Assembly (NCBI GenBank): GCA_048772705.1
Contig: JBLWGC010000036.1
Location: forward strand, 270,175 to 334,174
Reading direction: 5' to 3'
DNA: 64,000 bases
Source: Leidyana gryllorum EB-2025a
Taxonomy: Eukaryota > Protista > Apicomplexa
Below, piece after piece: positions 62,876-64,000 of this stretch. The notes beneath the pieces are model-generated. The model was given only the letters and a program-made list of their open reading frames with translations. It made no database searches and had not been told where the DNA came from. A program made the translations under genes and the position numbers. Position 1 is the stretch's first letter; every line of letters starts with the position of its first letter.

Positions 62876-64000
62876 TCAAGAAGGTTGTTTCCATTTTGAC
62901 CATAGATGACTCGCACAATGTAAAAGCCCCGCAGGCAGTAATCTGGAAGCTCTGGATTTCTTCTCCCTTCGCGGGAACACCTCTTCGTACAGCGACGCGG
63001 GACAGACAGCCGGTAACTTTAACGGAAGATCAAAATACTCCAATTCTCTGTAGCGCTGATTCAACAACGCACGCCCGAACCACCAATCGTCTGTGCAAAA
63101 ACGGGCGATGCGGTCGAACATTCCGCCGACGGAGGTCTGAGCCTCTCGCAGTGTTCCTTCCAACATTTCAGCGTACCACTGACTGACAAAGGCCTTTGGA
63201 ACGCTGTGGTAATAAGTTTTTGGGGGAAGTGTTGGCTCAGCGTGGACACTTCTTTCTCGCAGCTTTGTCCATTGTTCTGGATGGTCGGTAGTCTGAGCCC
63301 TCAGACACAGACCGATCTCTTCAGCAGAACACCCGATGTATTTCAGCACAGCCTCGAGAGTGGCATCGGTATAGAGTCCCGAAACGAGTTCCAATTGGAC
63401 CTTAGGCCACGGATAGTGCAAAAGGGCTGCAGCTTGGAGACCGAAACGGACCCGAACGCCTCTCCGTCGCCAAATGGAGTGCCCAACAAAAAACCAGTCA
63501 GTCAACTTCGCGATGTTAGACGGCACTCCGGTGACACCGACATATTGAATTTGACACCTTTCAATCAAGCGTCGCATCGCTTCCGGTGAGGCATCCCGTT
63601 GGGTGTGAAGGCATAGCACCCGGACACAGTCGGGGGGCCAACGGGCGGGGGTCGCGCTCTCACACAGTCCTTCAACGAGCGCCCATCCCTCCAGAGGTAA
63701 TTCGATACGCTTCAGATTCTGAAGGGGCACAGCTTCGAGTACGCTTTCAATCAGAGTCGGAGTGGAGTTGTTGTTGACATAGAGAACCCGTGTCACCTCT
63801 GACCACTCCACTGGATGTTTAATGCCGGTTGCGCTCAGATTAAAGTGTGTTGTCACTCATCAATCCAAAGTACGGAGGAGGGTACACAGCGGGAGGTTCG
63901 GTCAGTGGGAGTGCGCTCCACCAGAGAGGGGGTGAATCCAAATCCTTTGTTCGGGCCAACCGAAACCATCCGAGGTTCGAGTAGACGCGCCGCAGCACAG
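62876..64000 (-). pseudogene. F-box/LRR-like protein, copy 5 (partial; 1-nt insertion at 63840-41 shifts the frame)
   Basis: CTCAGATTAAAGTG here versus CTCAGATAAAGTG in copies 1-4. This is either a pseudogene or a sequencing error; the 5' part is outside the window. Confidence 0.6.

Larger units (their letters stand above)
51866..64000. repeat. Tandem array of ~2.65-kb units (>4.5 copies, continues beyond window)
   Basis: Homologous stop codons at 52289, 54933, 57577, 60231 and 62876 give periods of 2644, 2644, 2654 and 2645. Units are nearly identical, and homology begins at ~51866. Confidence 0.98.

Noticed and set aside
51866-64000. Array as a transposon, CRISPR array or diversity-generating retroelement
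   Set aside because: No transposase, reverse transcriptase, terminal repeats or repeat-spacer pattern, and the substitutions are not adenine-specific.

Overview
This is eukaryotic nuclear DNA from a very compact, intron-containing protist genome. It is probably an alveolate or apicomplexan (gregarine-like); that is an inference from the apicomplexan-type hexokinase motif FETGRxTNDPVEGxDV, GT-AG introns mostly 35-60 nt long, and intergenic gaps often only 10-70 nt. Bases 1-49 kb are a dense core region. They hold a >3,070-aa orphan with a degenerate USP-like domain, a syntaxin, PRP19, MCM3, PRP5/DDX46, a divergent CDC45, a GYP1/TBC1D22 Rab-GAP, a secreted protein resembling an inactive carbonic anhydrase, and CAF1. 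They also hold a predicted N-myristoylated hexokinase, two coiled-coil genes, a degenerate hexokinase paralogue next to an intronless bacterial-type aldose 1-epimerase, a RING-H2 protein, an atypical Qa-SNARE, eIF4A and V-ATPase subunit D. Gene density falls from ~49.3 kb. From ~51.87 kb to the window end lies a tandem array of ~2.65-kb units. Each unit carries a 669-aa F-box/LRR-like gene, reconstructed here by removing a 39-nt intron that joins the 245-aa and 405-aa ORFs. Differences between copies cluster at LRR surface positions and at two C-terminal patches. Each unit also carries a divergent, damaged companion gene with a conserved in-frame TGA where the flanking copy has TGG. All gene models were spliced by eye and no database searches were run.
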